From a virus (lineage: Duplodnaviria > Caudoviricetes): a stretch of 24,690 nt of DNA. This document shows positions 15,021-23,645 of this stretch, piece by piece. The position numbers and the translations under genes were made by a program. Each line of letters opens with the position of its first letter. The stretch's first letter is position 1. The DNA is taken from the IMG/VR virus record IMGVR_UViG_3300036987_000401, positions 1 through 24,690 of that record. The stretch is one strand, 5' to 3'. The notes under the pieces are model-generated. The model saw nothing but the letters and a program-made list of their open reading frames with translations, was not told the origin of the DNA and ran no database searches.

Positions 15021-15701
15021 TTAACTTTTGTTTTTGGGCGCGGGAAGTAACCCGACGCTGAAGGTTTTGAGGATTGAGACCAGGTCGCTTTTGGGCAGGT
15101 CCGAATATTCCTTTTGCCAGGAATCAAGCGCCTCTTCCGCTTCGATTTTGCGACGTTCCTGTTTTTCTCCTTCGTTCTCTTCTTTTTCGGGCTTCGAACT
15201 TTTTTGGTATTTGATGGGCCGTTGCCTTCCCGCTGCATCGGTGCGGGTTCCGGTATCTTCAGTTTTGATTTTATCTTTTAACCAGCTATGGACAGTGCTT
15301 TGGGCAACCCCCATGCGAACCGCGATCCGCTCCATGGTTTCGCCCGCCTTGCGTTGCTGAACGGCGATCGCTACTTTTTGTTCTTTGGAAAGGTTGCGGC
15401 GCACCAGGTTGGTGGCGAAAACGAAATCGCTGAGTTCTTGTTCGGTCCCGATGTATTCAGAGAACCAGGGCGCAATGTCTTTTTCGATACAGGCCCGCAA
15501 ACGATGCCGGCCATCGGCGATCCGGCCCCCGTATAAAAGGATCGGGGTCTTTAACCCTACCGCCGCGATACTGGCGACCAGCCCGTCATATTCGTCGGGC
15601 GTCATTTCGGGCATCAGGTGAGCAACCTGGTGGCACTGCAGCTCGCGCCAATCTTCACGCTGGAATTTTCGGTCAAAATCATTTCCCATTGCTGTTTTCA
15701 T
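15021..15701 (-). CDS. ParB/Srx-like N-terminal domain plus HTH protein
   Basis: MP.M...EY..L..SI...GL..PI, IADGRHRLRAC and NLVRRNLS motifs; HTH TMERIAVRMGVAQSTVHSWL. Confidence 0.82.
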   Translation of the reverse strand: MKTAMGNDFDRKFQREDWRELQCHQVAHLMPEMTPDEYDGLVASIAAVGLKTPILLYGGRIADGRHRLRACIEKDIAPWFSEYIGTEQELSDFVFATNLVRRNLSKEQKVAIAVQQRKAGETMERIAVRMGVAQSTVHSWLKDKIKTEDTGTRTDAAGRQRPIKYQKSSKPEKEENEGEKQERRKIEAEEALDSWQKEYSDLPKSDLVSILKTFSVGLLPAPKNKS

Positions 15702-16222
15702 GCGGCCTCCTCAAGCTGCTGAGCCCGGTCTTTCCGGAAGGCGGCAAGCCATTTTTCGACGTCGCTGGTTGCGCCTTTGATCACCACTTCATCCCCGGTT
15801 TCCTTGACGATGATTCCAAGCTTTTTCAACGTGGCGGTTTCGAGCTGATTGAGTGCCGATTTCACCGGGCTCTCTTCGGTTTTCACCAGGATGTCGAACT
15901 GTTCGGGCAGATTTTTCCGGATCAGCTTGATCACCTGTTCATCATTGTCCCAATCCAGGCCGCCCTTGCCCTTGCGGAAGCCGACCTGAATGCCGTGTAA
16001 CACAACGGTTTTCGGTTTTTCGAAAAGCTGGGGGTTTGCTTCGATTGCGGCTTTGAGCTTGGCTTTCTTTTCCTCGATGGTGTCACCGGCGTATTTGAGC
16101 AGGCGCACGTGCTTCTTGAGAACCAGGTCGCTTTCTTCCTCGAAATCGGTTTTGCGGGCCGAAAGAGTGTTGAGCGCGTCGGCGTAGTCTTTGGTCAATT
16201 TTTCGATGTCGGATAATTGCAT
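15698..16222 (-). CDS. Gam-like host-nuclease inhibitor
   Basis: N-terminal coiled coil, then LFEKPKT..LHGI.VGFRKGKG, V.TEE.P.K.AL and LKKLG. Confidence 0.7.
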   Translation of the reverse strand: MQLSDIEKLTKDYADALNTLSARKTDFEEESDLVLKKHVRLLKYAGDTIEEKKAKLKAAIEANPQLFEKPKTVVLHGIQVGFRKGKGGLDWDNDEQVIKLIRKNLPEQFDILVKTEESPVKSALNQLETATLKKLGIIVKETGDEVVIKGATSDVEKWLAAFRKDRAQQLEEAA

Positions 16223-16240
16223 GTTCGTTATCTCCTTTGT

Positions 16241-16717
16241 TTATGAGGCTTTAGCGGCTCTTTGACGGCTCGCTTCAGCCAGTTCTTTTTGTTTCTTCAT
16301 GGTTTCCAGGGCGCGAATAACTTTTCTGACCTTTTCCATGGTCAAAAAGCGCATGTCCGAAACGTGTACCAGACCGAAGAGGAACTTGCGCAACGCGGTT
16401 TCGCGCTTTTCGACTGGGGCATACGAAACATCGTTCCACATGGCATCGATCTTCCGAAGCTGGGCAGGCGTCGCCATTTCCGGTTCCCGATTCTTCAGAT
16501 GATCGTATTTCTTCGGTGAATCCTTTTTTTCCCAAATCCCGCAACCGACGGCGGTTTCTTCGAGGCTCTTGATAACCAGCCCCGCCTGGCCGAACGTGAG
16601 CTCGTTACAATGGTTCACCCCGTAACTTTCCAGCAAACCGTAGTATTCGCCGTCATCGAGCTTGAGAGCTTTGCGAAGCATCTGGATCTTTCGTAATTGC
16701 GGCAGACTGAGTTTCAT
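16241..16717 (-). CDS. gemA: GemA/gp16-family regulator (DUF1018)
   Basis: I..LRKALKLDDGEY..LL, ELT, ATPAQLRKI.AMW, ALRKF and VIRALE.M; ATG at 16717 after TAAGGAG. Confidence 0.8.
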   Translation of the reverse strand: MKLSLPQLRKIQMLRKALKLDDGEYYGLLESYGVNHCNELTFGQAGLVIKSLEETAVGCGIWEKKDSPKKYDHLKNREPEMATPAQLRKIDAMWNDVSYAPVEKRETALRKFLFGLVHVSDMRFLTMEKVRKVIRALETMKKQKELAEASRQRAAKAS

Positions 16718-16719
16718 GA

Positions 16720-17082
16720 TCATCTCCTTAATTGCCGTCGAAATGCCTCTCGGAAACAAGGCGGGGAATCGATTCTGCGCACCTCCCCGAACCGTTCCAT
16801 TTCTAGAAGCCTCTCAATGAGACGTTCAAAATCCTCTTCGCGAATGGAAAAAATTTTGATGTAATCATTGTTCCGGTATCTACCCGTCATAATCACCTGA
16901 CACCCACGTCTAAAATCGATATCGATATCGATTTCTGTTCTTTCCCGAACCAACGCTTCGAGTTGCTTAGTTCGTGCGTGTATTCCTTCCTGGTCAAGGT
17001 CATAATTTGCAACAATCTTGGCCAGTTTCATCCGTTGGGTTTTGCCCATTCTTCGCGCCATTTGTTCGATTCGTCTTTTCAT
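16720..17082 (-). CDS. Hypothetical protein
   Basis: ATGA overlaps at both ends. Confidence 0.7.
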   Translation of the reverse strand: MKRRIEQMARRMGKTQRMKLAKIVANYDLDQEGIHARTKQLEALVRERTEIDIDIDFRRGCQVIMTGRYRNNDYIKIFSIREEDFERLIERLLEMERFGEVRRIDSPPCFREAFRRQLRR

Positions 17083-17405
17083 CCCTTCTTACGACCTCCT
17101 CTTAATTCGGTTATATCCTTAAAACGATAAATAAAGCGCTTGATATCCAGAGCCATTTCCTCTACTTCATCCTCAGAAACCCTTTCATCAAGGCACGCGT
17201 GAAGCGCCTCGTGTAAAGCGACCTCAAAAAGCTTACCGCCTCGCAATTTCGGATGCAGAAAAAGAACCGGGCGTTTATCATCTCTGCCCGTGCAGCCACC
17301 AAGCATTCCTGGAACAATTGCCCAACGGATGTCAAATTTTTTCCCAAGAAAGGAATGCTTGTTGAGCTCGGGAATTGGCTTTAGGTCGACATGATTAGTT
17401 TGCAT
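17079..17405 (-). CDS. Small HExxH (zincin-like) protein
   Basis: LHEALHA followed by acidic SEDEVEE. Confidence 0.7.
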   Translation of the reverse strand: MQTNHVDLKPIPELNKHSFLGKKFDIRWAIVPGMLGGCTGRDDKRPVLFLHPKLRGGKLFEVALHEALHACLDERVSEDEVEEMALDIKRFIYRFKDITELRGGRKKG

Positions 17406-17422
17406 TGCAGTTCTCCTCTTAT

Positions 17423-17764
17423 CTAAATTCTCCCTTCAAAATTAAAACGATTTCGTCTTAAAATTGTTCGGGCGGCTCTATATGCTTCTTTCCAGGCTTC
17501 TCTTGTGGGCAAAAATGTGACGCTGGACTGATATGCTTCGTAAATACCCATGTCCCATTTTCTTTGCTCAGGGCAACAATCTATATTTAAATGGGGTATC
17601 AAAGGGCCATAAGGAGCCGCTTTTCTGATGAAAGAAGAGTTGGTTTCACAACTGATATCAATTTTCCAGAAGGATATTCTTGTTCGCACATTTTCATAGC
17701 AAGCTAGTTCTCTATCGAATTCGTTATGAATGACAAATTTTGGAATTTCAATTTTCTTTTTCAT
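17423..17764 (-). CDS. Hypothetical protein (AT-rich)
   Basis: ATG at 17764 after TAAGGAG overlapping the MuB stop. Confidence 0.65.
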   Translation of the reverse strand: MKKKIEIPKFVIHNEFDRELACYENVRTRISFWKIDISCETNSSFIRKAAPYGPLIPHLNIDCCPEQRKWDMGIYEAYQSSVTFLPTREAWKEAYRAARTILRRNRFNFEGRI

Positions 17765-17775
17765 AGAATTTCTCC

Positions 17776-18759
17776 TTATCTGACCAGCGTTTGAGCGGCG
17801 GTGCGGATGAGTTCGGGGGTGATGGCGACGTTGTTGAGGTTGGCCATTTTGATGGTGCTGCTGACCAGGTGGCACAGGGTTCGGGCGTTGGCCTTCCCGT
17901 TTTCGTTGCCGTCCGCGAACGAACGGGCATTGGCGTAAAACTCTTTCCAGAGCCCGTTTATCGACGGCAAAATCGCGTTGACGATCGCCTGCACATCTTC
18001 GGGCTGGGTCTCATCCAGGCGCCAATGCGACGATACCCGAGTAAAGAGGTATTCATTCTCTCCGCGCTTCCCGCGCAGGATGTAAAAAAGCCGGGGCAGG
18101 CCCATCAAAATTACGCCGACGTGCGCTTTATCGTTGATCGTGCGCAGCAAATCAAGCGACTTTTCCGAAAGAAATTCGGCCTGGTCGATGATCAAAAGCC
18201 GCCCGGTATCACGCAGCTTGTTAAGAATCTCGGCAAACATGTCCGCGATCGCGCCGACACCGCTGCCACCGCACTGGCGATTGAGGTATTGGAACAGGAC
18301 TTTGGTCGTAAAGGTTTTGTCGCATTCCAGGTAGATCACGCCGACGGTTTTCTTGGCGTATTCGCGGGCCGAGGTGCTTTTGCCGACGCCGGCATTTCCG
18401 GTAATGACGCCGATCTGATTCTCGAAATGAAAGTTTTGAATTTTTTCGAAGATGATTTTTGACGTCAAGGTCTCGATGTATTCAGGCTTCGCTACCCATC
18501 GCACCTTGGAAGCCTTGCGGTCCGCGTAGAGATCGAGGTATTGCCGAATCTTCTCTTCGACGCCGCCGGCATCGCCCTTATAGGAATGGTTGAGCCAGGT
18601 CGAAACGGTGGCGGCGGACATGCCGATCGCTTTGGCCACGTGCGCGGCTTTGATGTTGCTGGTTTTGTCCTCAAGCAGGGCTCGCAATCGCTTGCGCACA
18701 ATGTCCACCGGCGTTGGTGCCGCCATTGTTTCCGGTGTTGATTCCAAAGGTGTTTCCAT
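17776..18759 (-). CDS. MuB-like transposition AAA+ ATPase with N-terminal HTH
   Basis: HTH VAKAIGMSAATVSTWL...YKG; Walker A GNAGVGKS; Walker B LIIDQAE; TRV arginine finger; NAR sensor. Confidence 0.93.
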   Translation of the reverse strand: METPLESTPETMAAPTPVDIVRKRLRALLEDKTSNIKAAHVAKAIGMSAATVSTWLNHSYKGDAGGVEEKIRQYLDLYADRKASKVRWVAKPEYIETLTSKIIFEKIQNFHFENQIGVITGNAGVGKSTSAREYAKKTVGVIYLECDKTFTTKVLFQYLNRQCGGSGVGAIADMFAEILNKLRDTGRLLIIDQAEFLSEKSLDLLRTINDKAHVGVILMGLPRLFYILRGKRGENEYLFTRVSSHWRLDETQPEDVQAIVNAILPSINGLWKEFYANARSFADGNENGKANARTLCHLVSSTIKMANLNNVAITPELIRTAAQTLVR

Positions 18760-18791
18760 GGTATTTTCTCCCTAGTGAATTTATTTTTTCT

Positions 18792-18821
18792 TCCCCGGGG
18801 CTAAAGCCGGGGATTTTTTTT
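18792..18821 (+). terminator. Terminator-like hairpin between MuA and MuB, U tract on the antisense strand
   Basis: TCCCCGG-GGCTAAAG-CCGGGGA followed by T8. Confidence 0.55.
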
Positions 18822-20868
18822 ACGAATTTTTCCGGCTTTCCCGGGCCCGCTCTTCGTCGCGTTCTTTTTCCACCGTCGAGGTGTAAAACTTCTGTTTCTG
18901 CGGGAAGAGAATGATTTTTGAGGGGGCAGTAAAGTCGACCTTGCCCTCGTTTTCCATGCGTTTTTTCTGAATAATCACCTGATCCATGTTGGTGTTCATG
19001 ATCTGAGATACGACGGGCTTTTCAGGTTCATTTTCCGAAGGCAAAGGCTTTTGAATAGCCGCGACACCAGCTCTCAAATTGTCCAGGCGTTCGGTTGCCT
19101 CAGTGGGCTTCAAGTGTTTGAGTTTTTCTCTTTGGGCTTTCTCCGCCCGGCGTTTAACGGCAATTGCCTCTCTCAAGCTGTCTTGAGCCTCTTCGGTTCT
19201 TGCCATGAATTCGTTGTTTTTACAGAATTTGCCGTCACCGAGATAGGCATCACCTTTCTCGGCAAAGAACCAGACGGATTGATATTCATCAGGCGGATGT
19301 CGGTAATAAACTCGCTCGCCCATGTAGCCGGCCATCCACTCGGCCCAGTATCGACCGCCGATTTCGGCAACTTCCACGCCATTGCCGCGAATGGTTTTCA
19401 TTTTGGAACACCGCATGCAGAAGAGCATCAGCGCTTCTTTACGGACTTCGCGCTTTACCGTGAACTCTTCTTTCCATGCCTGATTCGGGCTCCGGCCCTG
19501 TAAGGCTTTCCCTTCCGACGGCAATTCGTTGAAAATGGTTTCGATGAAATCTTCGTATTCTTTTGCAAAGTCCTCGAAAGGCCTGATCAAATCTTTCTTG
19601 ATTTCCGCTTTCAGCTTTTCGGCCGGCCGCTCGATCACATCACCGCCGCGATACCCAGGGAAACGTTTTGACAGCTCGTTTTTAATTTTCAAAAAATCGC
19701 GTTCAATCGGCTTGGCTTGGGCGTTAAAAGGCCAAGCAAAATGCGGGATGATGTTTAAGCGCGAAAGCATCGGGGCCGCTTTTTCTTTGTTGATCTCGAC
19801 TTTGATAAACGTCGTTGAGACAGACCGACCACCGGCAAAATCCCTGCATCGGTAATCTTTTCCGTTATCGATAACCACATCCGTTGGCAGACCATATTTC
19901 ACCGCCGCATTGAAGAAGGCCTGGAAAATATGATCCGAATTCGGCGGCTCAATATGGAACACCCAACCGAGATGTTTCCCGGTTTTGACATCACGCCAGG
20001 CGGTATACCAGGGGGCGGCCATTTTATTGTCGCCGTGTTTGGTCAAAACGTCGATCTGGGCGTGATCGCTGACCCAGACTTCCCCGGCTTTCAGGTTGGA
20101 ATAATCGCGAATGAGGTGGTGACCGTATTTCTGGGTCCACTCTTTCCAGCCATACCGGCCCAAATAGATGTCGGACTCGGAAAATCGTTTTTCAAGCAAT
20201 CTCCGAAAGGCCATCGGCGAAGGGAAATTTTCTTGTGAAATTTCCTTGTTTTGGCGTTTCACGAACCCCAATGTTTCTATCCAGACACTCTTTACGGAGG
20301 ATCGAGACTGCTGCAGGAAATTTTGTGTGAAGTATTCAAACCATTCGTCCAAAATCGTGGTAGAACCGTTTCTCTTGCCCCATTTGGGCATAACGGCCAT
20401 TTTTCCATACTCGGCAACGTCTTTGCGCCACCGGTAGATGCTCTTATCGCTGACCTGCATTTCCGGGTGCGATTCGTTCCAGGATTTGACGAACAATTTC
20501 AAATCCTCACCTTTAAAAGTTGAAGAGGCGCTTAAAACCAAAAGGATCTTGTCAGCGTGTTCTCGGGCCCAGGCGGGAGCAGACGCGTAAACGTTCATAT
20601 CCGTCTCAATGTTTGAAATGATCTCTGACATATTGGGTTCATCCGCTTTCTGGGCCTCGGCATGGCGCTGAATTAGAAAAGTTTGAGTCTCGCGGGGAAG
20701 GCAATCAAAACGGTATTCGCGGCCCCCGCCGCGCCCCTGGCGTTCACGGTCAAACCACTGCTCACGCCAGGCTCTTTTGTTAATCCCTTGCACCGTTCCT
20801 GGCATACCCGGCAGACTGAGCAACTCTTGAGCCGTCCACCACTGTTTCAACTCCAACCGTTCCGACAC
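18820..20868 (-). CDS. MuA-like DDE transposase
   Basis: Mu I-alpha DNA-binding domain (WWTAQEL..LPGMP...GRGGGREY...LP); DDE triad WVSDH, IDNGKDY, KPIERDF; start moved to GTG 20868 after GAGG. Confidence 0.96.
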   Translation of the reverse strand: MSERLELKQWWTAQELLSLPGMPGTVQGINKRAWREQWFDRERQGRGGGREYRFDCLPRETQTFLIQRHAEAQKADEPNMSEIISNIETDMNVYASAPAWAREHADKILLVLSASSTFKGEDLKLFVKSWNESHPEMQVSDKSIYRWRKDVAEYGKMAVMPKWGKRNGSTTILDEWFEYFTQNFLQQSRSSVKSVWIETLGFVKRQNKEISQENFPSPMAFRRLLEKRFSESDIYLGRYGWKEWTQKYGHHLIRDYSNLKAGEVWVSDHAQIDVLTKHGDNKMAAPWYTAWRDVKTGKHLGWVFHIEPPNSDHIFQAFFNAAVKYGLPTDVVIDNGKDYRCRDFAGGRSVSTTFIKVEINKEKAAPMLSRLNIIPHFAWPFNAQAKPIERDFLKIKNELSKRFPGYRGGDVIERPAEKLKAEIKKDLIRPFEDFAKEYEDFIETIFNELPSEGKALQGRSPNQAWKEEFTVKREVRKEALMLFCMRCSKMKTIRGNGVEVAEIGGRYWAEWMAGYMGERVYYRHPPDEYQSVWFFAEKGDAYLGDGKFCKNNEFMARTEEAQDSLREAIAVKRRAEKAQREKLKHLKPTEATERLDNLRAGVAAIQKPLPSENEPEKPVVSQIMNTNMDQVIIQKKRMENEGKVDFTAPSKIILFPQKQKFYTSTVEKERDEERARESRKNS

Positions 20869-20951
20869 CGTTTTAACCTCGTGTGTTAAACTTTTAAAAA
20901 GTCCCGGGGCTGTGCAACCAGCCCCAGGCAAATCCAACCCCGGAGGACCTT

Positions 20952-21134
20952 ATGAACCTTACCGATCGTGAACTTCTCGAAAACATCCTTTCTGGCCAAG
21001 TTCTTTGCCTTGCAGCCTCATTAAAAGCAGAGGCCCTGGCTAAGGGTGTTCATTCAACAAGCGACTACACTTCTGAGGCTCGAAACCTCATCAAAAGGAA
21101 GAAGGAGCAGATTTTGAAAGCTCTTTCTGCGTGA
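20952..21134 (+). CDS. Small hypothetical protein, opposite strand to the early operon
   Basis: SD GGAGG 6 nt before ATG; amphipathic helical 60 aa. Confidence 0.6.
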   Translation: MNLTDRELLENILSGQVLCLAASLKAEALAKGVHSTSDYTSEARNLIKRKKEQILKALSA

Positions 21135-21747
21135 GATATTTAAGATTGATTTCACTTCCATAAAGAGCTAAAGCTTCAACCTCTCTGAGAATGCCTTTGA
21201 TCGTGCTCGGTCGAAGGAAGCTGAGCATTTTTAGAATTTCTACTGCAATTTGCCCAATTTGTTCATCGTTCAGCAGACCCTTTCGCTCAGAATCAATGCG
21301 TGGGAACTCTTTTCGCAAGATCTCTCCAATTCCAATGCCATAAAACATTCCCAACTCTTTTTCCTTCTCGATAAGAGTAAAGAAAAGATGGGCTCTTTTT
21401 TCGGGTGAAGGAAAATGGCCCCGACACACCGCATAAGTGTCCATTTGCGCAAAAATTTCCCGCAAAAACCCGAATCTTGGATTCATTTTTTCTCGTAAAT
21501 TCATTCTCCCTAATGATTCAGAGATGAAATCATCACATTTTTCTTTCAGGCTTTCTTGAAATAATTCTTTTTTGACCACATCCATTTTTTTTGAAATTGC
21601 ATCAAACACTGTATAAAACCCAGTCAAAGTTATTGCGGCTTGGTCCAAAGAAAGTCGACCTGATTGCAACAACTCAGAAATTTCAGAGCGAAATTTTTCT
21701 GATTTCTCCTTCACTTCCGAAAGAATCATGTTTATTTTTTGATTCAT
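21091..21747 (-). CDS. Hypothetical protein (AT-rich)
   Basis: 218-aa ORF with SD AAGGGG. Confidence 0.7.
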   Translation of the reverse strand: MNQKINMILSEVKEKSEKFRSEISELLQSGRLSLDQAAITLTGFYTVFDAISKKMDVVKKELFQESLKEKCDDFISESLGRMNLREKMNPRFGFLREIFAQMDTYAVCRGHFPSPEKRAHLFFTLIEKEKELGMFYGIGIGEILRKEFPRIDSERKGLLNDEQIGQIAVEILKMLSFLRPSTIKGILREVEALALYGSEINLKYLTQKELSKSAPSSF

Positions 21748-21878
21748 ATAGTTCCCCTTCTTTTAAATTGCCGGTCTTTCCCGGCTGTCAGGTCAGGACG
21801 TTTCGTATTTTTTGTCGGGCTCCAACTCGATCCGGACCGGGGATTTTGCTGGTCTCCACACGGGGAGGGTCCGCCCAT

Positions 21879-22322
21879 TTATTTTCCTTCTAAATGCCGC
21901 TTCAACAGCGACTTTTTCCGCTTTAATTCTGATTCCTGCATTTCGAGACGTCCAAGTTCCGCCTTCAGGGCCTCGGCCCCGATGAAAATCTTCGCGCCGC
22001 GCTTCCTCGCCAAAAGCTCAGTCAGAGCGTAGGTCCCGGCGGCTTCTTCGAATGCCGCCGCGTATTCAAACGGAAATCTCCAATTTGAACGCGACTCCGC
22101 CGACCAGGTGTCGAGCATATTCTTGGTGATCTCGACCCCAAGCATTTCACTCATCCGTGCGGCGATCTCAAACCGACTCCGAACCGAGCCTTTCAGAGCG
22201 TCACTGATGACATGGTGAAGCTCGACATCGTAATTCAGGCTTCCCCCGATAGGCTTGGGGGGCTCAGGAATCTCGAAAAGCGCTTCAAATGTGAGCTGTC
22301 GTTCGTCGGTTCGGCTTTTCAT
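21879..22322 (-). CDS. Phage regulatory protein (HTH-like) typical of the ner-A interval
   Basis: SRFEIAARMS..LG.EIT..MLD.WSAESR motif and C-terminal coiled coil. Confidence 0.75.
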   Translation of the reverse strand: MKSRTDERQLTFEALFEIPEPPKPIGGSLNYDVELHHVISDALKGSVRSRFEIAARMSEMLGVEITKNMLDTWSAESRSNWRFPFEYAAAFEEAAGTYALTELLARKRGAKIFIGAEALKAELGRLEMQESELKRKKSLLKRHLEGK

Positions 22323-22328
22323 GTCAAT

Positions 22329-22646
22329 TTACGCTCCTACCTTTTCCATTGAATTGGAGGGTTCGAAGTGATACATTCTTTTTAGGTTCTTCCCTCGATT
22401 CGGTTTATTCTCGTGGTTGTATCTGGATGGCCAGATTTCCCAGGGTTTATTACCCAGGACAAAGGCAATCAAAGCCTCAAGTTTCGGGTAGGGTGCCTGG
22501 AAAACTGAAGAAAGTTTGGTCGGCGAGTAGTTGTAATGCCTCGCCAATCTGCGCAAAGACCAACCGGCCTTCTCCAGGGCGGCCTTCACATCAGCAGGAT
22601 GCCAATCGAGGGATTGGTTGGTTTGGTTTTGTGTTTTCGGTTCCAT
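22329..22646 (-). CDS. ner: Ner-like (Nlp/SfsB family) transcriptional regulator
   Basis: DWHPADVKAALEKAGWSLRRLA...YPK.E..IA..LG..P.EIWPSRY. Confidence 0.95.
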   Translation of the reverse strand: MEPKTQNQTNQSLDWHPADVKAALEKAGWSLRRLARHYNYSPTKLSSVFQAPYPKLEALIAFVLGNKPWEIWPSRYNHENKPNRGKNLKRMYHFEPSNSMEKVGA

Positions 22647-22652
22647 GAACCC

Positions 22653-22681
22653 ATAATAACTCGAAATAAGTTTTGTGTCAA
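22653..22681 (-). promoter_or_regulatory. Early lytic promoter (Pe-like)
   Basis: TTGACA (22681-22676), 17 bp, TATTAT (22658-22653). Confidence 0.85.
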
Positions 22682-22901
22682 CTCATTTTGAGTTTCAAGT
22701 TCGGCATATCAGAGCTCTGCTTTAAAAATTGAGAAAACTGGGCTAAACATTGATTAATAAAGGCAAAAACCAGAATGCGTTATCAAATCCCAAACTTGAA
22801 ACTCCAGTTTCAAGTTCATTTGGCGAACTTGAAACTGGAATTGAGATGGAAATTGGGAAGAGGATAACTCGAATCAGGTCGGACATAACTCGAAAGGAGT
22901 T
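22658..22901. promoter_or_regulatory. Putative repressor operators AACTC-N5-GAGTT (4 copies)
   Basis: 22658-22672 (1 mismatch), 22680-22694 (perfect), 22866-22880 (degenerate right arm), 22887-22901 (perfect). Confidence 0.7.
22691..22836. repeat. Four exact copies of AGTTTCAAGTT in alternating orientation
   Basis: 22691-22701 (+), 22793-22803 (-), 22806-22816 (+), 22826-22836 (-). Confidence 0.85.
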
Positions 22902-23343
22902 TGCCGAATCTCTTGGCTTTCATATAAATACCCTTGGCCAATACGAAAGAGGGGAAAGAAACTTCACAGCAAAAGTTTTAAATAAGATTTGTGAGGTTTA
23001 CCACGTTAGCCATCAATGGCTTCTAACCGGCGAAGGCCCCATGAAAAAAGGGGAAAACCCGCCGCCGCCGATCGCGCCCGCCGCCCCGGCACAAAAGGCA
23101 GAAACGCTTATCGTCCCAATGAAAGACCTTTACCCCGACAGCCTCCCTTACGACGAAAAACTTTTAAAAGAAATCATTATCGAGGTCGAGAGTTATCTCC
23201 GCACAAGGCGCGGGGAACTGAGTCCTGAGAAGAAAGCGGAAATAATCGCCATGCTTTACGATCAGCACTTGCGGCGGGAAGCTGGCCAGGACAAAGATAA
23301 ATCAAAAAATCAAGTTGCCAGGCTTCTTAATATTGCGCTCTAA
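22846..23343 (+). CDS. Prophage repressor, XRE/Cro-CI HTH, no S24 peptidase domain
   Basis: IGKRI..IR..ITRKEFAESLG...NTLGQYERGER...WLLTGEGPM; divergent from ner; start ATG 22846 preferred because the upstream extension is repeat DNA. Confidence 0.88.
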   Translation: MEIGKRITRIRSDITRKEFAESLGFHINTLGQYERGERNFTAKVLNKICEVYHVSHQWLLTGEGPMKKGENPPPPIAPAAPAQKAETLIVPMKDLYPDSLPYDEKLLKEIIIEVESYLRTRRGELSPEKKAEIIAMLYDQHLRREAGQDKDKSKNQVARLLNIAL

Positions 23344-23371
23344 TTGTCGGTAACGCGGCGTTTAAAAGAGA

Positions 23372-23524
23372 TTAAACGTCACTTTTTGAGGGAGTAATCA
23401 CCGTGTTTCGATCTCCAAACACAACGACAATAACGGGGACCGCTTCAATTTTGTGCGTTGGATGTAAAGAGTTCAATGCCTCATCAATAATTTCTCGAAC
23501 GCTCTTCCGATCAACTGATCCCAT
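23372..23524 (-). CDS. Possible small ORF (50 aa) convergent on the repressor
   Basis: MGSVDRKSVREIIDEALNSLHPTHKIEAVPVIVVVFGDRNTVITPSKSDV; weak SD. Confidence 0.3.
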   Translation of the reverse strand: MGSVDRKSVREIIDEALNSLHPTHKIEAVPVIVVVFGDRNTVITPSKSDV

Positions 23525-23645
23525 GACGTTTTCTTCAACCTCTTCTTTAAGTGTTTGTCTGAATATAAGACCATAAAGTGCTGTTTCAGTGACTCAATAG
23601 AAATCGGCATTTTCAGGGAAATTACGTAAATGAATCTTTATCAAA

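Larger units (their letters stand above)
1..23343. mobile_element. Mu-like transposable prophage (partial; continues past the left edge, right boundary not located)
   Basis: Repressor/ner switch, MuA DDE transposase, MuB ATPase, GemA, Mor and Mu gp27-31/gp36-like morphogenesis genes in one block. Confidence 0.97.

Noticed and set aside
22750-22845. N-terminal extension of the repressor from TTG 22750
   Set aside because: Region is regulatory repeat DNA; the HTH domain begins at ATG 22846
23588-23601. Minus-strand TATTGAGTCACT resembling the Mu left-end L1 sequence
   Set aside because: Preceded by TC, not the required terminal TG, and no repeated end-type sites nearby; cannot call the prophage end
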